Assembly (NCBI GenBank): GCA_016214025.1
Contig: JACRPH010000028.1
Span: 1 to 49,532, forward strand
DNA: 49,532 nucleotides
Reading direction: 5' to 3'
Source: Candidatus Woesearchaeota archaeon
GTDB taxonomy: Archaea > Nanobdellota > Nanobdellia > Woesearchaeales > GW2011-AR9
Shown: positions 8,167 through 17,088 of the stretch, in pieces
How the letters are laid out: each line of letters starts with the position of its first letter
Numbering within the stretch: the first letter of the stretch is position 1
The notes under the pieces: model-generated
Told to the model about the DNA's origin: nothing
The model's input: the letters and a program-made list of their open reading frames with translations, nothing else
Databases searched by the model: none
Translations under genes and position numbers: made by a program

Positions 8167-9219
8167 CTCCATACATTTATTGCAGCCTTCTTTCTCTGAA
8201 TGTTGGTTGCAGCTCTTTCTTATGCCCCTCTGCTCCGTGATTTTTCTGTCCTGCTCCATGAGCTCAGGCAGCCGGCACAAATCTCCGGCATGGACGCTGG
8301 TAAGAGTGGCTTTAATTCCCTCGATAGTGTCTTGTAAAGTAGGGAAGCCCACATGCTCTCGCGGTGGAATAGTAGTTATCTTTCCCACATTATACATGGC
8401 TGCAATAGCCGCTCCGCTGGCTGCGGCGTACTGGTCGCAATTAGAATTAACTTCTGTTACTATCGGGCCGAGCATCTGGAAAGGAACGTAACTCCCGAAA
8501 TCTTCCCGAAGCTTATCTATTCCCGGGCCGATGTCCCTCAGCGGCTGGTGGCTCATGGGCTCAACGATAGCCCGCACGCCATATTCATCTGCCCTGCGGA
8601 ACATTTCCATCTGCTGCTTTAATTCCCATTGGTGTGCAGAATCATAGGCTTCAGTAATTCCGCTAGGGCGAAAAGTAGAGCCAATATGCATAGTGACATG
8701 GTACTCCCTGAATAAAGCAAAAATATTGTTGAGGATTGGCCCATAAGGGTTATCCACTTTATTTTTCATCATGTAATTCAACAGCACCCCTCCCTGCCGG
8801 CTGGTAGTGGGAAAAGCTCTGCCCTGGACGACTGCTAAATCTTTTAATTTCAGGGGAACTAAATTCAAAGTCATATAATCAGCTCCCTGAAGAACTGACC
8901 ATTCTATCTCTTTCCACAATTTTTCTGGTGCAATCTCTCCCTGGTTTTCTACTGCAACTAAAATCGGAGCAACCTTTCCAAAGGCGATGTTCGGATAGTG
9001 TTCTTTGCCGTATATCCATAAAGCCGGGGACATCCTAACTGTACTTAGGTCAATTATAGTGTGCACGCCCAGCTTGGCTGCTTCTCCAATTTTCTTTTTC
9101 TCGGCTTCGACCTGCTCTAGATTATTTGCGCCCACAATAAGATTTACTTTGGTCTCCAGCCCTTCACCTACTTCTATTCTTGCTGAGTTCAGCTTGTTTC
9201 CAATGCAGATGCGTTCCAT
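8125..9219 (-). CDS. Divergent ThiC/BzaF-family radical SAM enzyme (probably not a canonical HMP-P synthase)
   Basis: Collinear ThiC motifs: SRQGG (SRGG), GSTFRPSG (GDGLRPG), VEPMSH (EGPGH), GPIVTE (GPLVTD), PPREHVGFP (PAEHLGLP), HAGDL and a C-terminal CNKCMELC cluster motif. 364 aa. Confidence 0.8.
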   Translation of the reverse strand: MERICIGNKLNSARIEVGEGLETKVNLIVGANNLEQVEAEKKKIGEAAKLGVHTIIDLSTVRMSPALWIYGKEHYPNIAFGKVAPILVAVENQGEIAPEKLWKEIEWSVLQGADYMTLNLVPLKLKDLAVVQGRAFPTTSRQGGVLLNYMMKNKVDNPYGPILNNIFALFREYHVTMHIGSTFRPSGITEAYDSAHQWELKQQMEMFRRADEYGVRAIVEPMSHQPLRDIGPGIDKLREDFGSYVPFQMLGPIVTEVNSNCDQYAAASGAAIAAMYNVGKITTIPPREHVGFPTLQDTIEGIKATLTSVHAGDLCRLPELMEQDRKITEQRGIRKSCNQHSEKEGCNKCMELCPLLVQANLSEC

Positions 9220-9425
9220 TATCTCCCATCATGATATTTTTGGTGAGGTGAATTAAGATATTCGCTTCTGGTTAATTCTCTAACTTCCCCCGTGTGAGGA
9301 TTAATTTCCAAATAGGCTCCATTTCTGGTATTATCCACAAAAATTTCTTCATCAGAACCTTTTCCTCTTCTACGATAGGCTGAAATTACTTCTTCTGCAA
9401 CGGTATCATCTAATGTTTGGGCCAT
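9219..9425 (-). CDS. Small hypothetical protein
   Basis: 68 aa. Its stop overlaps the ThiC-like start, and a GGAGG RBS lies upstream. Confidence 0.65.
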   Translation of the reverse strand: MAQTLDDTVAEEVISAYRRRGKGSDEEIFVDNTRNGAYLEINPHTGEVRELTRSEYLNSPHQKYHDGR

Positions 9426-9457
9426 TTTCTATACCTCCATTTGTTCTTTTAGTCGCG

Positions 9458-11002
9458 TTATATATTATTCAATACCTCGCCCAGCCCTTTTTCCAAGCAG
9501 GTATAGCCTCCGGAATGAATCTTCTGCAAAAAGTCCTCTTTTATCTCTCTTAAACTTCCGGCGGTTTTCCCTTCAAACACCAATGTAAATTTCTGCGGGT
9601 CGTTCTTAGAGCTGCGGAATACCACTGAGCGATAATCTCCGCAGGTGCTCTCTATACGCACATCGTCTCCTCTTATGATAGAAATAAAATTATCTCTGTC
9701 TTGGGCGTAAGACTCAGTTAAGTATCTTATAATTTTTTCAATCTCTGGCTTCACCTGGTTTACTTCCTCTCCCTTTCTGTAAGTATATCTAATCTCACCC
9801 GAGGTTTCATATTTGGGAAGCGCTGCTCTAAGCTCACTGAGTTTCTTCCCTTTCTCATTTAATATTTTACCCAATAAGAGCAGAGTAAACAGCCCATCTT
9901 CTCCCGTATCCACAAAATAAAACGGCTTCCCGGCTAATTCCCGGCGATAAAAATAATGGCCGCTAAGCTCTCCGGCAAAAACAATAGATGGATCTTTAGC
10001 CATGGTCTCTTTAATATATACTCTGCCGGTTTGCTCTCTTACCAGTTCACCGCCATTGTCTTCAACTATATCTTTCACCAATTTGCTGCTTTTTATCTCC
10101 GCCACCACTTTTGATTTTTTTTGATGATGTTTATCTTGTTTTTTATCATCTGGAGCACAGCGCTCGGCGGAGATTAGATAGCTGGCGATTATCGCCGTAA
10201 CTTCATCTTCAGAAACAATTTCGCCCTGGTCATCAATAAATTTTACCCGGTCTCCATCCCCATCAAATGCTGCTCCAAAATCCAGATTGAAGCTCTCCGT
10301 TACAGTTTCTATCAGATGCTCCAGATTTTTTTCTTTGTGCGGGTCGGAGCTGTATCCTTCCAAATCATCCGGAAATCCACGTATTCCATTATGCAGGAAT
10401 TCATTGCAGATGATGGTATGGCCGCAGGAGCGTAATACTTCTGCAGCATAATCCGAATAAGCTCCCCATAAGGGGTCTATAGCTACGGTGAGCTTTTCTC
10501 CTCCGCCAAAACCCTGCTGGAGCAAAGCCTGGTAGAATTTCTTTACATCTTTGCCATAGGCACGAATACTTTTTGAATAATCCTTTCTTCTATCTTCACC
10601 ATCTCCATCACTGTCTCTATTCTTAATGATGTTTATCTTGATGCCATTCCACTCCCAAGAGCTGTGCGAAGCGGTGATTACCGCTACTGCATCTGCACCA
10701 TATAACTCCAGTCCAGCATAAGCCAGAGGTGTAGGCAGATTATGCCCAAGGTCGATTGTGTTTACATCATGCTGGCATAGCCCTTCCCAAAACCGGTGTT
10801 TCAGTGCCGGAGTAGTTACTCTCCCATCTCCTGCTACTACTATCCGGCGCTTGTCTTCTTGTACTAATCTTTGGCCTAAAGCAGAGCCTAACTCAAAAAA
10901 ATCCAAGAGAGCCCTTTCTCCCACTTTAATCCTTTGGTCAAATCCAAAAGTGTAATTGTCTAATATTTTTTGTGGGTTTATTTCTGCCATTTTAAGCATC
11001 AC
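9458..11002 (-). CDS. Phosphomannomutase/phosphoglucomutase (alpha-D-phosphohexomutase family)
   Basis: ITASH (phosphoserine loop), FDGDGDR (metal loop) and GELSGH (sugar loop). Confidence 0.92.
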   Translation of the reverse strand: MMLKMAEINPQKILDNYTFGFDQRIKVGERALLDFFELGSALGQRLVQEDKRRIVVAGDGRVTTPALKHRFWEGLCQHDVNTIDLGHNLPTPLAYAGLELYGADAVAVITASHSSWEWNGIKINIIKNRDSDGDGEDRRKDYSKSIRAYGKDVKKFYQALLQQGFGGGEKLTVAIDPLWGAYSDYAAEVLRSCGHTIICNEFLHNGIRGFPDDLEGYSSDPHKEKNLEHLIETVTESFNLDFGAAFDGDGDRVKFIDDQGEIVSEDEVTAIIASYLISAERCAPDDKKQDKHHQKKSKVVAEIKSSKLVKDIVEDNGGELVREQTGRVYIKETMAKDPSIVFAGELSGHYFYRRELAGKPFYFVDTGEDGLFTLLLLGKILNEKGKKLSELRAALPKYETSGEIRYTYRKGEEVNQVKPEIEKIIRYLTESYAQDRDNFISIIRGDDVRIESTCGDYRSVVFRSSKNDPQKFTLVFEGKTAGSLREIKEDFLQKIHSGGYTCLEKGLGEVLNNI

Positions 11003-12686
11003 CTCTGTTTTTGTTACTAAACAAATAGCTTAGTAGTATTCCGTCAAAGACTGCGCCTAGCCCTACCAGATTGCCGACGGGATAACCTACATTAGCAGCA
11101 ACAGTTTCAATGATTCCATTAGCTAAATGCCCTCCCGGATGAACAAATCTTACGAAGAAAGGGCTTTCCTGCCGAGAACGAATGTTTTGGGAATAATTCC
11201 GAACCGCCGTGTCATTGGGATAAATTCCATTTTGGTAAATATAAGTAGTTCCGTCCACTGCTAATTCCAGGCTCTTTTTTAGGTAAGCCGCTAAATCAAT
11301 ATTCTGTTCCGAAGTAATAATATTTTCAAATGTCCCAAAAGAACCAATAACTGCTCCCTCTGCGGAATGGCAAATCATTAAGCCATCACCAAAATCCGTC
11401 CCGGCTCCAAGTTTTCTTAGCTTATCTCCCAGAGGAATAGTTACATCTCCCCCAAAAAGCGCACTATAAATGCTGTTTAACTCAGCATCATTCATCGAAA
11501 CAATGTCTGCTTCTTTGATAATATTCCAGTATTCTTTGATTTCTTTGGGGTCATTCTTAAAAGAATTGGTCCCGATGAATATTTTAACACTGATATCTTT
11601 TTTCAGATATTCCTCTTTTAATTTCTGAATCTCTTTCATCAGGGCGCTATATTCTTTTGGCGAACCCTTATTCAATCCGCCTAAAGCTACTACCACTGTT
11701 TTTCCGGGAGCGCTTTTTTCGTCTATGATCCCTTTTAAATCCTGAATGTATTCCTGGTAATTAATTGTGCCTTCATACTCCCCAATTCTTTTTTCTAGTG
11801 ATTGCAGCGACTGATCAAAATTGGTGTTGCCATGGCGGTATTTCTTTCGGACAGAGCCGTCTTGGTCATTTAAATTAGGAAGAGATTGAATTTCTTCTAA
11901 TTCCTGGCAATCCTCTTCCAAGCTGTGATGGCAGCCACTTAATTCTCTCTTCAGGTCACGAACATACTTTTTGATTTTTTCCCTAGGAGAAGAGTGATAT
12001 TTTTTAATTAAATCTTCTAATTCTCTTAAAATTTTAGGAGGATTATTTTTTTCTGAGGAGATAGTTTTTCTAAAAGCATTGATTTCCGCCTCAAAACTTT
12101 TTTCTTCTGGATCTTTAGTCACCAGTTCTGTCAGCAGGCGGCCGTCTTTGTTAGACAATATTAACTTGTATTTTCCCACTTCCAAGCCCAGGGTTAGTGA
12201 TTTTTTTTTAATGGGGCGGGCATGGCTAAACAAATCAGCCAAACCAGGAGACCTTTCTGTGAGATACTCCTCTACCGATTGGGTCTTAAGCCCGCAATAA
12301 TAAATTTCAGGAAAGCCTTTTAACCGATTTTTAAGATGGTGTCCACCAATCGCAGAGATCGCCGGGCTGCCCCCTGGCTGAATAGAACTTACTAAATATT
12401 TTTTATGGCTTTCGCTTTCAATAGCCTCGATGGCCTTTTCGAGTTCATCTCCTTCAATTTTAATGTCTCTGGCCGGCTCCTTATCCACATTTAGGCCGTG
12501 CTCGATGATTTCATTAAAGAGGGGATGGCATTCTTGAAGAATGTTTTTGCTGATAAAAGATTTCAGCAACTCTCTTAGCTCTTCCATACGAAAAGAATAG
12601 TTATGGTCAATTGTGCATTGGGTGCCCCAGACAATAATATTGCCATTGCTAAACTGTTTTTCTTGATTGATTATTTCATGATTCAT
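10992..12686 (-). CDS. ADP-dependent glucokinase/phosphofructokinase-like protein, divergent
   Basis: PGGSPAISA (GGNA-like), SMNDAEL (NExE-like), CHSAEG and NLVGLGAVFDG (the family VGxGD with Asp replaced by Ala). A charged helical insertion lies in the middle. Confidence 0.6.
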   Translation of the reverse strand: MNHEIINQEKQFSNGNIIVWGTQCTIDHNYSFRMEELRELLKSFISKNILQECHPLFNEIIEHGLNVDKEPARDIKIEGDELEKAIEAIESESHKKYLVSSIQPGGSPAISAIGGHHLKNRLKGFPEIYYCGLKTQSVEEYLTERSPGLADLFSHARPIKKKSLTLGLEVGKYKLILSNKDGRLLTELVTKDPEEKSFEAEINAFRKTISSEKNNPPKILRELEDLIKKYHSSPREKIKKYVRDLKRELSGCHHSLEEDCQELEEIQSLPNLNDQDGSVRKKYRHGNTNFDQSLQSLEKRIGEYEGTINYQEYIQDLKGIIDEKSAPGKTVVVALGGLNKGSPKEYSALMKEIQKLKEEYLKKDISVKIFIGTNSFKNDPKEIKEYWNIIKEADIVSMNDAELNSIYSALFGGDVTIPLGDKLRKLGAGTDFGDGLMICHSAEGAVIGSFGTFENIITSEQNIDLAAYLKKSLELAVDGTTYIYQNGIYPNDTAVRNYSQNIRSRQESPFFVRFVHPGGHLANGIIETVAANVGYPVGNLVGLGAVFDGILLSYLFSNKNRGDA

Positions 12687-12764
12687 TTTTCCACCTCCCG
12701 ATATAGCTCCCGCTACTTCCGCTAACTTTTTATCTCCATAATTTTTATCTAAGGTTCTATTATT

Positions 12765-13823
12765 CTAATTATTTAAAGTTCTAAATGTGTTTATTTCAAA
12801 CGTATTAGGATGAATTACAACTTTGTTCCCTTTGATTTCTCCTCTTTGGCCTGTTTTTAGGTCTAGTCCGAGAATTTGGAAAGCTGCTTCATATTCTTTA
12901 ATGGGAAAAATGTGAGTAATAATTTTTTTAAAGTCTTGATTATGCCGGAGCATTTTAATGACCGGAGCAAAAGTCAAGTTGGAATCAATTGATCCGATGA
13001 TGCGAATTCCATTATCAGTAAGGTGCGACGGTTTAATTTTGGCTTCGGAACTGTAATCCAATCCCGTAATTAGAATGTCTCCTCCGCGGTCCACGACTTT
13101 GATGAGCTTTTCTAGCGACTTTCCACTAGTATCAATCACCAAATCAAAACGCCTGACGGAATTTATCGATAACAAATCATTATTTTTGTAATTCTGCACG
13201 TCGGCAAATAACAACCGAGCTTGCTCTATGCGGTAGTCGGAAACTTCTCCAATAGTTACTTCACAACCCATAGAACGTGTCGCTAGGCCAAAAAGAAGGC
13301 CTAAAGGGCCTGCCCCTACAATTAGCACCCTGAACTCGGGCCTGATTTGGGTCTGGCGTAAAGCATTCAATACGCAGGCTAAAGGTTCAACCAAAGTTGC
13401 TTCCTCAAACGAGAGGTCGTCGGGGAGATGATGCAGAAAAGAAGCATTTACTACGTGATATTCCACAAAAGTCCCATTATGGGATACGCCAGTTTCGGTA
13501 TGATGTTTTTCTGCGCAATAATTTGGCCTGTCGTTTTGACAATAAAAACATATACCGCAATGGTAGGTTGGATCAAGAGCGACTCTATCGCCAGGTTTTA
13601 CATTTTTCACACGCGATCCGACTTCTTCCACAATCCCTGATGATTCATGCCCCAGGATAATTCCGGGCTGGGCAGGATACTCTTTTTTAAGAATATGGAG
13701 ATCTGTTCCGCAAATCCCCGTTGCTTTTACTTGTATGAGGACATCATTGTCGCTGCTGAGGGTTGGTTTAGGAATGTCTACAATTTCTAATATCTCACTC
13801 TCATTAAAAATTAGCGCTTTCAC
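12765..13823 (-). CDS. Zinc-dependent (MDR) alcohol/polyol dehydrogenase
   Basis: GICGTDLH, ILGHESSG, CGICFYC...NYC (structural Zn) and GAGPLG (NAD binding). Confidence 0.93.
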   Translation of the reverse strand: MKALIFNESEILEIVDIPKPTLSSDNDVLIQVKATGICGTDLHILKKEYPAQPGIILGHESSGIVEEVGSRVKNVKPGDRVALDPTYHCGICFYCQNDRPNYCAEKHHTETGVSHNGTFVEYHVVNASFLHHLPDDLSFEEATLVEPLACVLNALRQTQIRPEFRVLIVGAGPLGLLFGLATRSMGCEVTIGEVSDYRIEQARLLFADVQNYKNNDLLSINSVRRFDLVIDTSGKSLEKLIKVVDRGGDILITGLDYSSEAKIKPSHLTDNGIRIIGSIDSNLTFAPVIKMLRHNQDFKKIITHIFPIKEYEAAFQILGLDLKTGQRGEIKGNKVVIHPNTFEINTFRTLNN

Positions 13824-13844
13824 AGGTATGCCTCGCGTTTATAT

Positions 13845-14846
13845 TTAATTTTGCCATTTTAGTTGATTCCTTATCTTTCCATGTAATTCCGAATTAGATG
13901 CAGCAATAATAGAACATTGCCCTTTTATGCTCTTGTCTGTAATGAGAGACAATTTGTCCAGAGATTCCCCGTAAGCATCAGTAACAATCCCGCCCGCTTT
14001 AATCAAAATGAAAGCTGCGGCAGCTATGTCATACGGAAAAAGAGTAGCGATTTTCCCGCGTCCTACCTTTAGAAATTCTTCTGCCGTTTCGGGATAATCC
14101 TGAACGATGCGGTGGCCAACATCTACATGGGCATCCAGTTGCCCGGTAACAATTCTCGTTAACGAATACGATGAGCTCGTAAACACAAAAACTGCCCCCA
14201 AGGTTACAGAGTTGTCAATTAAGTCTCCGCAGACTTTTGTGATTTGTTTTATTGGATGGGCAGTAAGCTCAGTACTCCAAAACATCTTTTCCAGATCGGC
14301 TTTCTCGGTAAGCGAGGGCAACCCTAAAACAGAGCTTGTAATTTTTGGCTGATTGGCATCGGCATAGAAGTACTCACCGCTTTTTAACTCAAGCGCGAGA
14401 GCATTTGTGATTTCACTAAACTTTGGATAAGATGAATATGGTGTTACGGCAACGGAAAAGCAGCAGCTTTCAAAGTTGACCATTGCCGGACGCGTGCCAT
14501 CTATGGGATCAATGATGAGCAGCCATTCTGGTTTTTCATGGAAACAGACCAGGCCGCGATCCTCAGAGAAATAAGCAATAGGTAACTTCCATCTTTTTAG
14601 AACTTTTTCTACCGTCTGTTCTGCCACTTCATCCAGCCCAAAGTGCGGGTCTCCACCGTACTGGCGTCCAATGATTTCTCGCTTATTGTCATTTAATCTG
14701 GGCAAAATTGCTGCCCTTACTTCATTGCCTAGTTTAATCAGTTCTGTCTTCATGACAAATTCTTCATCAATGCTAACTGAATCTTCACTTATATTATCCA
14801 TATTACTCCTATTATTCATATTATTCATATTATTCATATTACTCAT
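13845..14846 (-). CDS. Inositol monophosphatase/FBPase (FIG superfamily) phosphatase
   Basis: DEVAE, YFSEDRG, IIDPIDGT, QLDAHVD and PYDIAAA motifs. The start is placed at the ATG overlapping the aminotransferase stop; several in-frame ATGs follow. Confidence 0.88.
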   Translation of the reverse strand: MSNMNNMNNMNNRSNMDNISEDSVSIDEEFVMKTELIKLGNEVRAAILPRLNDNKREIIGRQYGGDPHFGLDEVAEQTVEKVLKRWKLPIAYFSEDRGLVCFHEKPEWLLIIDPIDGTRPAMVNFESCCFSVAVTPYSSYPKFSEITNALALELKSGEYFYADANQPKITSSVLGLPSLTEKADLEKMFWSTELTAHPIKQITKVCGDLIDNSVTLGAVFVFTSSSYSLTRIVTGQLDAHVDVGHRIVQDYPETAEEFLKVGRGKIATLFPYDIAAAAFILIKAGGIVTDAYGESLDKLSLITDKSIKGQCSIIAASNSELHGKIRNQLKWQN

Positions 14847-14847
14847 A
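14794..14847. repeat. 9-bp in-frame tandem repeat, 6 units (3 perfect TTATTCATA)
   Basis: Units ttatccata, ttactccta, ttattcata x3 and ttactcata. On the minus strand it encodes MSNMNNMNNMNNRSNMDN. Confidence 0.9.
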
Positions 14848-16086
14848 TTTATCCCTCTCAGATATTTTATAAATTTCATTTAAGATGCCATCTAAGACTT
14901 CAAAAGCGTATTGCAATTGTGCTGGCGTTATAATTAAAGGAAGCTGTAGCATGAGAGTATTTCCTAGATGCCTGCACTTAGAATTAGCAATGATAATGCC
15001 TTTCTCCAGCATTTTTAATACAATCAAATCTGCAGTTTTAGGGTCAGGGTTTCCGAACTCATCAACTATATCAATGGCCCCTTTTACTCCTATACATCGT
15101 GCCCCCCGTAAATTTTTGTATTTACTTTCTAGGCCAAGCAATGGGTTTTTAATCTGCTGGCTTAAACTATTAACATTTTTCAAGAGCGGTTTTAATTCTT
15201 CCAGATAAGCTAAGCCTGCTGCCATACTAACCGGACTATGACCAAAGGTAAAAGAGTGCTCACCTGGCTGAAAAGAGAATTCATCTTTGTAGATAGTGCC
15301 GGCCAGAGGAAATCCGCCACCTATGGCTTTACCAAATACCAAAATATCCGGAACCACTTCATAATCTTCGCATAAAAACATCTTTCCCATGCATCCAAAA
15401 GCGGTTTGGACTTCATCTACAACCATAACCACATCATACTTATTGCATAGTGCTCTCACCCCTTTTACGAATTCTTTGTCCAAAATTTTGCATCCTGCAT
15501 TTCCCTGAACCAACTCGATTATAATAGCAGCCGGATTTTCGCACTTTATTTTCTTCTCTATATCTCCCAGGTCTTTCTTGACTTCTACGCCATTTGTAAA
15601 GTAATTGCTATATTTACTGCCCGGCATTTTCCAGCTGATCCCCATTGTGGCTAAACTTCTACCATGGAATCCGTCTTCAAGATACAATATCTTAGACCGG
15701 TTTTCATACTTATTTACCGCTAATTTCATTGCTCCTTCAACTGCAAGGCTCCCATGTAAAACAAAATTCACTTTGTTTAATCCTACCGGGGAGAGTTTGA
15801 TTATTTCCCGAGCTAACTTTGATTTTTCTTCTGTAGAATAAGCTGTTCGCAGATGGGTAATTCTGGTTAGCTGTTCTCCAACGGCTTTAATTATCTTTTC
15901 ATTGCTGTGTCCTAGAGGCATAGACCAGGTTTGTGAGAATAGATCTAAATACCGCTTGCCCTGAGCATCCCATAAATAAGCACCCTCTGCTTTTTGAATC
16001 ATAATGGCTTCTGAGCCAATCATGCTTCCTTCACATAGATGATGAAATTGAACCGATTTGTTTTCTGAATTCATTTTTACAACCAC
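14839..16086 (-). CDS. Class-III PLP-dependent aminotransferase
   Basis: GSLAVEGA, FHGRS, ELVQG, VVDEVQTAFG, DILVFGKAIGGG (PLP Lys) and HSFTFG. Confidence 0.95.
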   Translation of the reverse strand: MVVKMNSENKSVQFHHLCEGSMIGSEAIMIQKAEGAYLWDAQGKRYLDLFSQTWSMPLGHSNEKIIKAVGEQLTRITHLRTAYSTEEKSKLAREIIKLSPVGLNKVNFVLHGSLAVEGAMKLAVNKYENRSKILYLEDGFHGRSLATMGISWKMPGSKYSNYFTNGVEVKKDLGDIEKKIKCENPAAIIIELVQGNAGCKILDKEFVKGVRALCNKYDVVMVVDEVQTAFGCMGKMFLCEDYEVVPDILVFGKAIGGGFPLAGTIYKDEFSFQPGEHSFTFGHSPVSMAAGLAYLEELKPLLKNVNSLSQQIKNPLLGLESKYKNLRGARCIGVKGAIDIVDEFGNPDPKTADLIVLKMLEKGIIIANSKCRHLGNTLMLQLPLIITPAQLQYAFEVLDGILNEIYKISERDKYE

Positions 16087-16090
16087 AATT

Positions 16091-16423
16091 TCACATTGGT
16101 TCTACTTTACATACTCGCCTATCGATGATTTGATACCGCTGAATGCCGGCTTCTAATTCCGATGAAAGCTGCTTCTCTTGATGCTCCCAGTACTTGATAC
16201 AAATATGTTCTTCATTCTCCAAACAACCTTCTAATCCTTTTGGGGTAATCTTCTCTAGAACCAAGATCACTCTCTTCTCTTCTGTAGGGGTTACACTTTC
16301 ACATTCATAGTCCCTTCCGCTAAAATATCCGGTGGATTCAGAGACTATAACTGCTACTTTCTCTCCCACGTACTGGGCGTATTGCTCATATTCCGGTTTC
16401 GTTTCAGCAAGAGCCATTTTCAT
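16091..16423 (-). CDS. Hypothetical protein in the operon
   Basis: 110 aa, GGAGG RBS, overlaps the Lrp gene end and lies 4 nt from the aminotransferase start. Confidence 0.65.
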   Translation of the reverse strand: MKMALAETKPEYEQYAQYVGEKVAVIVSESTGYFSGRDYECESVTPTEEKRVILVLEKITPKGLEGCLENEEHICIKYWEHQEKQLSSELEAGIQRYQIIDRRVCKVEPM

Positions 16424-16871
16424 TTGCCTCCTTCCGATGAGCCATGAACTCTTCCCTTTTTAGTTCTTCAATCACGTTGAGCATCTGCACTTCTGAGCTG
16501 AAATCTTCCTGCAGCTTTCCCAGAAAATCAGTAACCTCTTTCTCATCCCGAAAAATACATTCTACCAAGTAGTCATATCCGTAATTGATCCTGAACAAAG
16601 AATTTACCGAGCTGTGCTGAGCCAGAAAGTCTTTCAGTTCCTGCTTTTTGCTCCCATTTGATTTTAACACCAAATAAACGCTTTTGAAATATCCTAACTG
16701 AGTGAAATCTACCAGTGAAGTGTGCTTTTTGATAAGCTTCTGCTCATAACGCCGAAGCTTGCTGTAAAGAGTAGTAACCGGAAGATTCAGCTTCTTCGAC
16801 AACCCCACTATCTTAATACGCGAGTTTCCCCGCAGATGACGAATAATTTCAGTATCTTTTTCTGACAGCAT
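16404..16871 (-). CDS. Lrp/AsnC-family transcriptional regulator
   Basis: LSEKDTEIIRHLRGNSRIKIVGLSKKLNLPVTTLYSKL (HTH) and INYGYDYLVECIF (RAM domain). The start is placed at the Met at 16871. Confidence 0.9.
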   Translation of the reverse strand: MLSEKDTEIIRHLRGNSRIKIVGLSKKLNLPVTTLYSKLRRYEQKLIKKHTSLVDFTQLGYFKSVYLVLKSNGSKKQELKDFLAQHSSVNSLFRINYGYDYLVECIFRDEKEVTDFLGKLQEDFSSEVQMLNVIEELKREEFMAHRKEANENGSC

Positions 16872-16898
16872 TTCAACCACACTCCTTTTGATACATTC

Positions 16899-16932
16899 TT
16901 TTTCAACACCCACAATTTTTCAACACCCACAA
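16899..16932. repeat. Exact 17-bp tandem duplication just upstream of the lrp start
   Basis: TTTTTCAACACCCACAA occurs twice in tandem. Confidence 0.85.
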
Positions 16933-17088
16933 CACGTTCGTAATTATTCTCAACCCATTCGCGTTTCTTTTTTAGCAATGGTGATAAGTACTATCCTATA
17001 TATTCGTTTTGACAATACAATATATCTTTAGTCAGTATGAATATATATTACGAAAAGCTTAAATAGTTCGTAATTCTTACCATAAAAA

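Noticed and set aside
8125-9219. Annotation as canonical thiamine thiC
   Set aside because: Several invariant ThiC substrate-binding segments are altered and the context is not thiamine-related, so the gene symbol is withheld.
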